Origin: a virus
IMG/VR virus record: IMGVR_UViG_3300042311_000577
Span: 32,001-96,000 of that record
DNA: 64,000 nucleotides
Direction: 5' to 3' (one strand)
In this document: piece after piece, positions 30,106 to 39,490 of the stretch
How positions within the stretch are numbered: position 1 is the stretch's first letter
Layout of the letters: every line of letters starts with the position of its first letter
The notes under the pieces: generated by a model
Told to the model about the DNA's origin: nothing
Database searches by the model: none
What the model saw: only the letters and a program-made list of their open reading frames with translations
Position numbers and translations under genes: made by a program

Positions 30106-32547
30106 CATGATAAAAGGATTCCATGAATCTACATAAACATAACCTCCATTTGCATAAAGCTGGCCTCCAAACTTACCTTTTAATTCTTTAAGTGCTAAGT
30201 AATTTGCCTTCTCATAAGTCATACCATTTCTCATATGTTCTCTAACTATATCTTCTTTGGTAGGACCAGTTGCTCCAGTCAATGGTTTTTCAACTCCAGT
30301 ATGATACATCATTCCATAATCATATTCTGTATTAAACTGTGGAGTAACTTGATTTCTATTATACACGTTAGCCATTTGATCATTAGCCTCCATTACAGCT
30401 CTTGTTGTATTAAAGTTTCTTTTAGTTTTAAGAGCACTACTTAAATTTTGGTCTCTAGCTTGATTTGCTAATCCTTGATTCAATATGTTAGTTCTAGCTT
30501 CATTTACAGCCATATCCATTTGTCCCTTTCTTGCATTGACTGAATTTTGAGTATTTACATTTCTTGCTTGTACATCAGCTACTGCACCTACTCCAGCATT
30601 TAATGCTTTATCTAGTAAGTCACCCATTTGTTTTTGTTTATCAGCTGTAGAACCTGCTTGTGAATACATGATTGCATTTTTCATATTATTAGCTGCTGAA
30701 TTTGCAGCATGTAATTTTGCATCAAATGATTCATAAGCACCAGATGTTTTTGCATCAGGAGGAAGAACAACATTTGTACGTGCTACACCTGTATTAGCTA
30801 AAGCGTTAGTTAAAACATTAAGTTTTGCATTAACACTCCAACGTGGTTTATCAGCAACTTGTCCTTGACTTCCATCTTGACAAACACACTGCTCTTCATT
30901 TTCAATAGGAAATTCTTTTACTTCTCCTGTTACAGGATCAGTACATCTACAAATAAGAGATTCTGTTTCTCCACCACATGATGGATCATCAGTTATACAG
31001 TTTCCATTTTCATCTTTTTTTGCAACTTTTGGTGTACCATCTTCATTGTTTATTGTATTTCCATTTTTATCTTTACAATAACATGGTTCATCATTAGGTT
31101 CATTAACTATATGTTCAGCAATTTGTGATTTACCTTTTACACCTTCAATACAATCTTTATATATACCACCAGCAGCAGGATCACTAATTATTGTGTTTAT
31201 TGCTTTTTGTTTTGCTTCTTCCCATTTTGGATTTGGATTACCGCTAGCATCAGTTGGTCTTTGACCATCTAAATGACCTGGGAAAACTCTTACTAACATA
31301 TCATCAATATCTAATGATGCTTGTATTTTTTTACAAACACCATTTGCAATAGCTACAGGATCACCTCCTCCACCGCCACCACCATGCCAAGTAACTGCTT
31401 GACCTTTAACAATTTTGTATTGACCTTTTGTTCCTATTGAAGATGTAGAAGGAATCCAATCTGAACCAGAAGAAAGTGAACTAACTTGTTTTGAACCAAT
31501 GTTATTTACAGTAACTTGACTATCTCCGGGACCACCAAACTTAGGCATACCACCGTAAGCCATTTGTTCAGGATGATAAGGAAAATCATATCCACCCATT
31601 TGCATTCCATAAGCCGCATATGGTATTCCTCCATAAGCCATCATACCAGGTTGTTGCATCATTTCTGGAGGAGGTATACTACCTTGCATTTGAGCCATTG
31701 ATTCTGGTGAAGCTACTGGAGCTCCACTAGGCATTTGTTGTGGTGCAGCCGGAGCTTGTTGTGCTCCTTGATTCATCATTGCTTGATCTGCTTCCATAGC
31801 TTGCATAGGATTAGTTTGTTGCATTTCTTCTGCTAACATTGGATTTTGTTCTTGCGGCATTTCAGGATTAACACCTTGATTCATTGATTGGGCTAATTGA
31901 TCAGCTTGTTCTTTTAACTCAGGCATTAAATCTTGTTCAGAAATTCCATTAACTTCCATATAAGGTTTAGACATAGCAGGAATACCTTGAGGAAAACCTT
32001 TCATTGATTCTTGAACTAAAGCTAAAGCACCTAACTTCATGATAAAGTTTTTGATCATTATAGTAGCAGTATCTCTTTCTAGTTTACCACTATCAGGATC
32101 TAATAATATAGACTTATATTTATTTATGTTATAAGGCTTTGCAAGTTCTGCTGGAGTATAACCACCTTTCTTAGGTGTTTTATTAAACATAGCAAGAACA
32201 TTTGCATCATTTATTTTTAATGAAGCTGTGTCACTAAAGATAAAAGTATCATCAGGAAGATTTAAAGGAACACCTCCTTCATGATGTCTTTTACCAATAA
32301 TCTTTAAATGATCAGGAATTGATTGACCACTTATAGGACCAAATGCAGTTTCCCCACCTTCAGCTTCTAGATTTGCTTTATCTCTTGGTACAGCACTTAG
32401 TGTATCTTTAACTCCTTCATAAGATCTACCATCTAATTTTCTATAATCAGCTCCACCGAAGGCACCTGGTTTTAAAGACAATGAACCATCAACCTGCTTT
32501 CCGTAAGCAGCCTTATCTAAAGGTAATTTTGTTATTTGAACTCTCAT
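30103..32547 (-). CDS. Virion cargo protein
   Basis: 814 aa; N-terminal NLEAEGGE...GKRHHEGGVPL...FIFSD block; Q/M/P-rich linker; repeated MAYGG motifs; Cys-rich insert. Confidence 0.65.
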   Translation of the reverse strand: MRVQITKLPLDKAAYGKQVDGSLSLKPGAFGGADYRKLDGRSYEGVKDTLSAVPRDKANLEAEGGETAFGPISGQSIPDHLKIIGKRHHEGGVPLNLPDDTFIFSDTASLKINDANVLAMFNKTPKKGGYTPAELAKPYNINKYKSILLDPDSGKLERDTATIMIKNFIMKLGALALVQESMKGFPQGIPAMSKPYMEVNGISEQDLMPELKEQADQLAQSMNQGVNPEMPQEQNPMLAEEMQQTNPMQAMEADQAMMNQGAQQAPAAPQQMPSGAPVASPESMAQMQGSIPPPEMMQQPGMMAYGGIPYAAYGMQMGGYDFPYHPEQMAYGGMPKFGGPGDSQVTVNNIGSKQVSSLSSGSDWIPSTSSIGTKGQYKIVKGQAVTWHGGGGGGGDPVAIANGVCKKIQASLDIDDMLVRVFPGHLDGQRPTDASGNPNPKWEEAKQKAINTIISDPAAGGIYKDCIEGVKGKSQIAEHIVNEPNDEPCYCKDKNGNTINNEDGTPKVAKKDENGNCITDDPSCGGETESLICRCTDPVTGEVKEFPIENEEQCVCQDGSQGQVADKPRWSVNAKLNVLTNALANTGVARTNVVLPPDAKTSGAYESFDAKLHAANSAANNMKNAIMYSQAGSTADKQKQMGDLLDKALNAGVGAVADVQARNVNTQNSVNARKGQMDMAVNEARTNILNQGLANQARDQNLSSALKTKRNFNTTRAVMEANDQMANVYNRNQVTPQFNTEYDYGMMYHTGVEKPLTGATGPTKEDIVREHMRNGMTYEKANYLALKELKGKFGGQLYANGGYVYVDSWNPFIM

Positions 32548-32551
32548 GTGT

Positions 32552-35500
32552 TTATATAAATTTTATTTGACCACCAGCAGCAAGTATTTTTCCTATCTCT
32601 TCTTGAGTAAGATCATATACTCCACCTTTCCTATATTGAGATTGCCCACCTCTTCTAAAAAATGCTGACTCACCTACATTACCAATAAAAGCAGTTGAAC
32701 CTTCACCAGCTCCTTTTGAACCTTCTTTACCTTGTTCTTCATACCCACCACCTACATCTGTTTGTGTAGGATTTACTCTATTATCAGAAGTAGTTAAATC
32801 ACCCATCCAATTTTGAGCATATTGATTTTTTCTTCTATTTCCTCCACCAATTAAAAGTCCTGATCCTAATTGTTTAAGATTACCAATTGCTTTTGGTCTA
32901 AGTGTTCTTGCAGTTTCAATTTCATACTTTGTAGTAAAATCTTGTGGTGTTCCTTGAACTTGTTTAGTATAATTTTCATTATAACATATATCACCCGGTC
33001 TTGCATTTAGCACTTGTTCTTCTGTACACGGACCAGCACCAATATTTGTAACACCACCTGCATTAGGATCAAAAGGTCCTGACCCACTAAATTGCCCACC
33101 TGGATCAAATGAAGGCATATAACCTCCATAAGCCATATAGGCTGGTACATAACCACCTTCTTTTTGTACAAGATTACTATAGCCTTTTTGTTTTGCCCAG
33201 TTATCAAATGACCCATATTGTTTTTTGTTAGGTTCATTTTCCCACATTTTATATACATTACCTGCAGCTACAAGTTCTCTATTTCCAAGATCCTTTGTAT
33301 TTTGTACTCTACCTGCAATTTCTTGTACACCTGCACCACTCATACCAAAACCATTACTGTTTCTTTGTTGCTGTAATTGTTGTTGTCTTTGAGCTTCAGC
33401 CATTCTTTGTTGTTCTGCAATTTTAGCTTGTTGAATATCATAAGCTTTTTTGTCAGCTACTTGTTTATCTCTATAAGAACCTTCTGACATACCATCCATA
33501 GTACCCATCAAATTCATATCATCATTGGTAGCTGCACCTTCCCAAGGATCAGAATATTCTTGAAAATTTCTTGCCATTTCTGGTTGCTGAGTAGGAATCT
33601 CTTGCATACCTCTTGCAGGTAAACTACCAGGATTTTCATACAAACCTTCTGTAAATCTTTTTAAGTCAGTTTGATTAGGATAAATACTATTATTACCTGT
33701 AGCCTGATTGAATTCATTTCCAACATTTTGATTCATTGCAGCATCAGGTGATGCCCCTGGTCTAGGTGCAATTTGACCTTGCTCTATTAAGTTTGTATTT
33801 TCTTTTGCAATTGCTTGTGGAGATCTATACCCTGGCATACCAGGAATACCTGCTAATAAATTTTCAGCTTCAGCAAATGTCATTTTATTTTGTGACGGAT
33901 TTGCATTTGATAAATCAGCAGTATTAGAAAAAGATTGCTGATTCTGCCAAAACTGAGAAGGTTGTAAATTAGTTTCTGAATTAGATGTTCCAGTTGCTGG
34001 ATTAGCATTAACAGCACCTTTATTTCCTGTTGTACCTTGTAAAGCATTATTACCAGCACCTACTGTTATTGGTCTTGTAGGAGCTGGAGTTTGATCTTCA
34101 ATTGCATTCATTGCATCAGTCTGATCTCTCCAACTCATGTTCTCCCATGTTTCTTGATCAAATCCGTATCTTTCTGCTTGTGTTTTTCTTGGTTGTTCTG
34201 GTGCTGTAGAACTAGTTGCACTTGCATCAGATGCGGTTGTTGCGGTATTAGTAGCTCCTTTATTTTCATCACCTGGTAATACCATTGGTGCATGCCAATT
34301 ACTTGTATTAGTATTAGTATTTGCTGTATTTGTATTTGCAGTATTAGTAGTTGTTGTTGCATTAGCATTTGGTTGCGTTGTTACAGTTGCATTAGGATTG
34401 TTAGGATCAAACCAACTATTTTTAACTGTTAATGTTTTTTTACCAGACCACCATGGACCTTTTTCATATTTCCATTCACTAGGCATATAACCTGGTGCAG
34501 GACCAGACGCTGTTGAACCTTGTCTTGGTTGTGGTTGACCTGATTGTCCTGGGATATATCCTCCAGGAACTTTAACTATATTTCCTTTAGCATCTCTAGG
34601 AAAATCAATTTGTCTTGCCCATCTAAAATCTTTTTTTATTGGGTTAAACATATCTAATAACTGTTGTCCAACAGATGGAGCAGTTGGATATGCATATGAT
34701 CCTCCACCTTGTGTAGTATTTTGTGTTTGAGTAGTAGTTTTATTTTGGTTATTTATTTCATTTTGTTTTTTAAGCCAGTCAGCTTCCCAAGTTTTCTTTT
34801 CTGTTTCAAGTCTTTTTTTATACTCATCTTCTGTAAGATCTTTCCAAGTAGTTGCTCCAGGATTAGTATTTGCTGTATTTACTTGACTATCATTAGGACC
34901 AGCAAATCTATATAAACCACCATTCCTAAAATAAGGATCCATTACATTTTTAGAGTCATCAGCATATGCATTGTCATATGCAACAATTGGAGATATCGGC
35001 ATTTCATTACCTCCATAGACAAACTTCTGAAGATTACCATAAGGATCCATCTGAGGATTAGCCACAGGTCCCCCAAATTCTTTACCTGAAATAAATCTTT
35101 GTTTAGCTTTATTCCAACTATCTAATGAGTATCCTAGTTTTAAATATTCTTCTTCAATACCAGGAGCATCCATCATAGCTGGATTATTTTTTATAAGTTC
35201 ATATAATACTTCTTCATCCGGATCAGGAAATCTAGATTTAAACTCAGAATTATAAACATTAGGATCAGTATTATCAGGAGAAGCAGCATTAGGATCTAAA
35301 GCATCAACTTGTGCATCTTGAGGTGTCCATAGACCTGTTAAATAATCTACTTGTTCTTCAGGAAATTCTCTAATTACTCCAGCATTTGGATCCGCAGTTG
35401 CATTAAATTCTCCAGGGTTAATTACAGAACCTTTCATCCATGGATACTGAGAAGTTTCAGCTTTTCTTCTTGCAGCTTCATCTGGTGAGATAGCTTCTAC

Positions 35501-36883
35501 TTCATTACCTTGTGCATCATAAACCATTTCTGTTCCAGCAGGAGCAGGATTTAATTCCATATAACCAGGATATGATTTAGTACTATTAGCATTATTATTA
35601 AGAGTAACATTATTATTTTTTGCAGGATCTGCTGCATTATTTATTACTCTAGATTTAGTTCTTATGATTTCACCAGGATAACTTCTTGATGTACTCCAAG
35701 ATGAACTATAACCACCCGGATAACTTCCCGGCATATAACCATAAGAAGGACTTCCAAACATACTCATAGGAACTCCTTTAGCAGTCCATTCTCTTTTTCC
35801 TGTCCACCATGGTCCTTTTTTATATGTTAAATCAATCAAAGGTCCTGTTTGACCTTGTGTTGTTTGACCTGTACCTTGACCAGATGCTTGAGGATTTTGT
35901 ATAATATTTGGACTAATAACTTGTAAATAGTTAGGCATTCCTGGGACACCGAAATAACCAGCAGCTACATCTCCAAACATATTTTGGAAATCTTTTTGAG
36001 CTCTTTTCATTTCTCTACCTCTTCTTGCTTCTGGTATATTTTCAAAACCAGCACCGTGTATTTGATTCATAGGTTGTTTAAATATATTTGATACTGTATC
36101 AGAATAAGCTTTAAGATGATGTTCACCCGCTTCAGGGTCTCCCGTTTGTACTTGCATACCATCTTGACCCATAGGTATTCCAGATTGTTGCTTTAAATTA
36201 TTCATTGTGGTAAATAATTTTTTAGCAATACCCTCATTTCCTAAATCTTTTACACCTCTTCTAAATGCATTAACAAATGCTTGTCTACCATCTATTGTGC
36301 TATCTAGAGTAGAGGATTGATTTGATTGATCTTGTTCAAGGCCTTCACTAGCTTTTCTTAAACCTTTTACAATATTTTTTACAAATTTTCTTTTATTCAC
36401 AGTTCCTCCTTTTTTTTCTTTATCTAACTCTTCATCCTCTGCAGTTACTTCCTCTTCAGTATCTTCAGCTTCTGTATCTTCATCTTCTTCTTCATAATCT
36501 GCATAAGGATCATTCTCACTTACCCAAGGTTCATTTATGTTATATAAAGGTTCTCTTTTTACAGGTTCTACTTCTTGATCTTCAGTTTCTTGATTGATTA
36601 TATTTTCACCAGTGTCAAGAGTTTGATCCATGATAAAACTTCTAACTTCTTCAATCTTATCTAAAGCTTCTAATGGATCTAAGTCATATTCATTTTGTAG
36701 AGTGTCAATAATATCTGAGTTGTCTTTATTAGCACCGAGCTCATTCATTATAGTTTCCTCAATGTCATACTCATTCATTTTCATCTGCATCCCATACCGT
36801 GCTTTTGGTAAACCAGTAAACTTGTTTAGTTTGCTAATAAACTTACCAGTACTTCCACCAGCTTTGTAAATTCTAACTTTCAT
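32552..36883 (-). CDS. Low-complexity virion cargo protein with many xxGG motifs
   Basis: 1443 aa, N/Q/T/G/P-rich and probably largely disordered; located in the cargo block. Confidence 0.6.
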   Translation of the reverse strand: MKVRIYKAGGSTGKFISKLNKFTGLPKARYGMQMKMNEYDIEETIMNELGANKDNSDIIDTLQNEYDLDPLEALDKIEEVRSFIMDQTLDTGENIINQETEDQEVEPVKREPLYNINEPWVSENDPYADYEEEDEDTEAEDTEEEVTAEDEELDKEKKGGTVNKRKFVKNIVKGLRKASEGLEQDQSNQSSTLDSTIDGRQAFVNAFRRGVKDLGNEGIAKKLFTTMNNLKQQSGIPMGQDGMQVQTGDPEAGEHHLKAYSDTVSNIFKQPMNQIHGAGFENIPEARRGREMKRAQKDFQNMFGDVAAGYFGVPGMPNYLQVISPNIIQNPQASGQGTGQTTQGQTGPLIDLTYKKGPWWTGKREWTAKGVPMSMFGSPSYGYMPGSYPGGYSSSWSTSRSYPGEIIRTKSRVINNAADPAKNNNVTLNNNANSTKSYPGYMELNPAPAGTEMVYDAQGNEVEAISPDEAARRKAETSQYPWMKGSVINPGEFNATADPNAGVIREFPEEQVDYLTGLWTPQDAQVDALDPNAASPDNTDPNVYNSEFKSRFPDPDEEVLYELIKNNPAMMDAPGIEEEYLKLGYSLDSWNKAKQRFISGKEFGGPVANPQMDPYGNLQKFVYGGNEMPISPIVAYDNAYADDSKNVMDPYFRNGGLYRFAGPNDSQVNTANTNPGATTWKDLTEDEYKKRLETEKKTWEADWLKKQNEINNQNKTTTQTQNTTQGGGSYAYPTAPSVGQQLLDMFNPIKKDFRWARQIDFPRDAKGNIVKVPGGYIPGQSGQPQPRQGSTASGPAPGYMPSEWKYEKGPWWSGKKTLTVKNSWFDPNNPNATVTTQPNANATTTTNTANTNTANTNTNTSNWHAPMVLPGDENKGATNTATTASDASATSSTAPEQPRKTQAERYGFDQETWENMSWRDQTDAMNAIEDQTPAPTRPITVGAGNNALQGTTGNKGAVNANPATGTSNSETNLQPSQFWQNQQSFSNTADLSNANPSQNKMTFAEAENLLAGIPGMPGYRSPQAIAKENTNLIEQGQIAPRPGASPDAAMNQNVGNEFNQATGNNSIYPNQTDLKRFTEGLYENPGSLPARGMQEIPTQQPEMARNFQEYSDPWEGAATNDDMNLMGTMDGMSEGSYRDKQVADKKAYDIQQAKIAEQQRMAEAQRQQQLQQQRNSNGFGMSGAGVQEIAGRVQNTKDLGNRELVAAGNVYKMWENEPNKKQYGSFDNWAKQKGYSNLVQKEGGYVPAYMAYGGYMPSFDPGGQFSGSGPFDPNAGGVTNIGAGPCTEEQVLNARPGDICYNENYTKQVQGTPQDFTTKYEIETARTLRPKAIGNLKQLGSGLLIGGGNRRKNQYAQNWMGDLTTSDNRVNPTQTDVGGGYEEQGKEGSKGAGEGSTAFIGNVGESAFFRRGGQSQYRKGGVYDLTQEEIGKILAAGGQIKFI

Positions 36884-36900
36884 AATAATGCATTATATAC

Positions 36901-36944
36901 TAATATACTAAATTTTAATTTAATTGATAAACTTACTAAGTTTA
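36901..36944 (-). promoter_or_regulatory. Putative promoter TTTA-N20-TATATTA with perfect dyad TAAACTTA-C-TAAGTTTA
   Basis: Intergenic; fixed 20-nt spacing; palindrome at 36928-36944. Confidence 0.55.
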
Positions 36945-39488
36945 ATCTAATTCTTCTACTATGTAACCTTGATCTATATATTCTTTTATTTTACTTTTAG
37001 GTATGTCAAGTTCTATATAGTTATTAGTTGATCCACCTTTCTTTTGTTGTGGTAAGCCATTAGAACCTTCAAATGGATTTGCTAACATAGTTGCAGTACC
37101 AATTATACCAGTTGTTGGAATTGCTATACTATATAATTTTTTTAAATAATCTTTTAATTCTTTTTGATTATATATTTGTCTAAGTTCAGCAATATCTTTT
37201 GGTATTTTACCTGCTCTATTTAATTCAATAACTTGATTATATGGCATATCCACTAAATCATCAATAGATATACCAGCTTCTTTAGAATATAAAATTGCAC
37301 TTATCCCTCTTTGTCTTGCCTCATCTGGACTACTATAATAGCTTATCAAATCATCATAAGCTTTATTTCCAGATTCTTTACCCCACTTAGTCCAATTTTT
37401 TAAAGTTTCCTCATCTAAACTTAATTTTGGTAAATTTTCTAAGAGCTTTCTATTTTTATCATCATATAAAGATGTATGCCCATATTCATGTGAAACAACA
37501 TATTTAGAATCCGGTCTACTCAATCCAGTACTTGAAAAATCTATACCTAATTTTGTACCAGAAGCATCTGCACCTGCAGAATACGCCATTGCATCACTTT
37601 CAAGAGTACCGGAATTTTTAGATTTAACATATCTAGGTTTTGTTTTATTTATAGCATTTATTAAATTATTTTGATAATTATGTGCATCCATAAAAGATAG
37701 TCCAGGTATTCCATTTTGAAGTCTTCTGTTATACTCACCAGAACTATAAAAATCTAATAGTTGTTGTTTACCTGCTTCAATGTTTGCTAATTGTTCTTGT
37801 GTTGGATTATAGGCTGAATTATATGTATCTTCTAAAGCTTTTCCATACTTATCAGGTTTTGCCTCTATAAATAATTCCCAATCTTCTTTTGATCTACCTG
37901 TTTTATTTAATATATCTTCATCAGGTAATTTTAAAATTTGTTCAAAATTTAAACTGTAACCCTTTTTACCAACATCATCTACAGAAGGAATAGCATTAGA
38001 AACTTCAACAGGTGCTTTTGGCTCTACTTGTACTAGTGATTCTTTATTATAACCTCTTTTACCAAAATCAAAATTACCTGTCTCAAGTCTTTTAAGTTCA
38101 TTAAATTGAGCTTCAGTAACCATACCATCTTGTTTTTTACCTGTCTCAATTAAACTGTTATAAAACTTTCTATCACTAATAGACATTTTTTTACCATCAT
38201 AACTATCTAATAGTTGCTTATAGTAATTCATGTTTTTCTTAACCATATTACCACTACTACCAGTAGGCATACCTAACATGAGTGGTCCAGGAGGTCTATC
38301 AAAAAATTGCTTTAATCTATTAGTTATAGATGTATTAGGAGAACCTGGTAATTCAGTTGGTACTTCTTTATATCCTTTTAACCAATGTTGTTTTAATAAT
38401 CTTCCTTCAGATACAGGTACTTCAGCCATGTCTGCTATCCATGGTGTATATTCACCAGATGCATTAGCTGGTGATACAAATGGCATACCTTCTTTATTTA
38501 CACCTGATGTTTCAAACATAACAGTTGGTCTACCATGTGCACCAGAACCAGTTTGTTCTAACATTGATATATCTTTACCTTCAACAAAATAAGGTCTTGG
38601 ATATGTTGCTTGGTCAGCACTTTTAATAACTCCTGTATTTAATGCATCTTCTAAACCTTTATTACCAATCTGTCTATAAAATTTGTTTGGATCTTCTTTA
38701 AATGCCCACGGATTTATTTTATAAGCATTTTTTATAGCTGCTCCTGCAAATGGTGCTGTTTGTAAAACATCCATTCCTATTTGTCCTGCACCACTCCAAG
38801 ATGGATCTTTAGCAAAATCATATACATCAGGAGCTAATCTTGCTGCACCTTCCATAGCTCCTATTGCCATTCCAACCGGAGTCATGTAAGCAGCAGCTTT
38901 AAATACTGGATTATTAACTACTGCAGCATTTCCTTCTATAGCAGCTTGATTGATTGCCTCTTGATTTATTCTATCAGCCTCTTCTTTGCTAGATGCATAT
39001 ATAGGTTCACCTGTAATTACATTAGTACCTTTAGCTTTACCAAAAGTTGCTGGATCAAATCCTGCATCTATAATTGATTGTCTATATGTATCTTCAGACT
39101 CCCATTTATTTCTCAGTGCTTCCTGTTGTTTTTTTTCTTTTTCTCTTGATGCTTTAGTTTTATCATCTAGTTTGGTTACTGATTGTGGTTGAATTTTATC
39201 TAGTCTAATTAAAGCTCCTGATTCTGGATCAAATCCCCATTTACCACTATATAATCTATCTTTTATTTGATCATTGTATTCTGGAGTTATTAAATTACGT
39301 ACTTCATTATTTGTAACATGCATGTCCCAAGCAGCTACACCATCAATATATTTTTTATCATTTTTTAATGTATATAACTTAGCACATTTAGTTCCGTTCC
39401 AATAAGTTCCAGTAGGACAACTTTTTTTATCACCCCCTTTTGCAAATTTATTTAATGATGGTATACTTGTTATTCTATACTTTTTCAT
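36942..39488 (-). CDS. Modular cargo protein with an ART-like module and a zincin (HEYGH)
   Basis: 848 aa; FYRQIG...PYF module at about 38360-38730; HEYGH at 37476-37490 with downstream YYSSPDEARQR. Confidence 0.6.
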   Translation of the reverse strand: MKKYRITSIPSLNKFAKGGDKKSCPTGTYWNGTKCAKLYTLKNDKKYIDGVAAWDMHVTNNEVRNLITPEYNDQIKDRLYSGKWGFDPESGALIRLDKIQPQSVTKLDDKTKASREKEKKQQEALRNKWESEDTYRQSIIDAGFDPATFGKAKGTNVITGEPIYASSKEEADRINQEAINQAAIEGNAAVVNNPVFKAAAYMTPVGMAIGAMEGAARLAPDVYDFAKDPSWSGAGQIGMDVLQTAPFAGAAIKNAYKINPWAFKEDPNKFYRQIGNKGLEDALNTGVIKSADQATYPRPYFVEGKDISMLEQTGSGAHGRPTVMFETSGVNKEGMPFVSPANASGEYTPWIADMAEVPVSEGRLLKQHWLKGYKEVPTELPGSPNTSITNRLKQFFDRPPGPLMLGMPTGSSGNMVKKNMNYYKQLLDSYDGKKMSISDRKFYNSLIETGKKQDGMVTEAQFNELKRLETGNFDFGKRGYNKESLVQVEPKAPVEVSNAIPSVDDVGKKGYSLNFEQILKLPDEDILNKTGRSKEDWELFIEAKPDKYGKALEDTYNSAYNPTQEQLANIEAGKQQLLDFYSSGEYNRRLQNGIPGLSFMDAHNYQNNLINAINKTKPRYVKSKNSGTLESDAMAYSAGADASGTKLGIDFSSTGLSRPDSKYVVSHEYGHTSLYDDKNRKLLENLPKLSLDEETLKNWTKWGKESGNKAYDDLISYYSSPDEARQRGISAILYSKEAGISIDDLVDMPYNQVIELNRAGKIPKDIAELRQIYNQKELKDYLKKLYSIAIPTTGIIGTATMLANPFEGSNGLPQQKKGGSTNNYIELDIPKSKIKEYIDQGYIVEELD

Positions 39489-39490
39489 AA

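Noticed and set aside
34295-34400. Short tandem-like repeats (GTATTA/GTATTT units) as a possible CRISPR or other array
   Set aside because: They encode the low-complexity NTANTNT stretch of the 1443-aa protein and have no repeat-spacer structure
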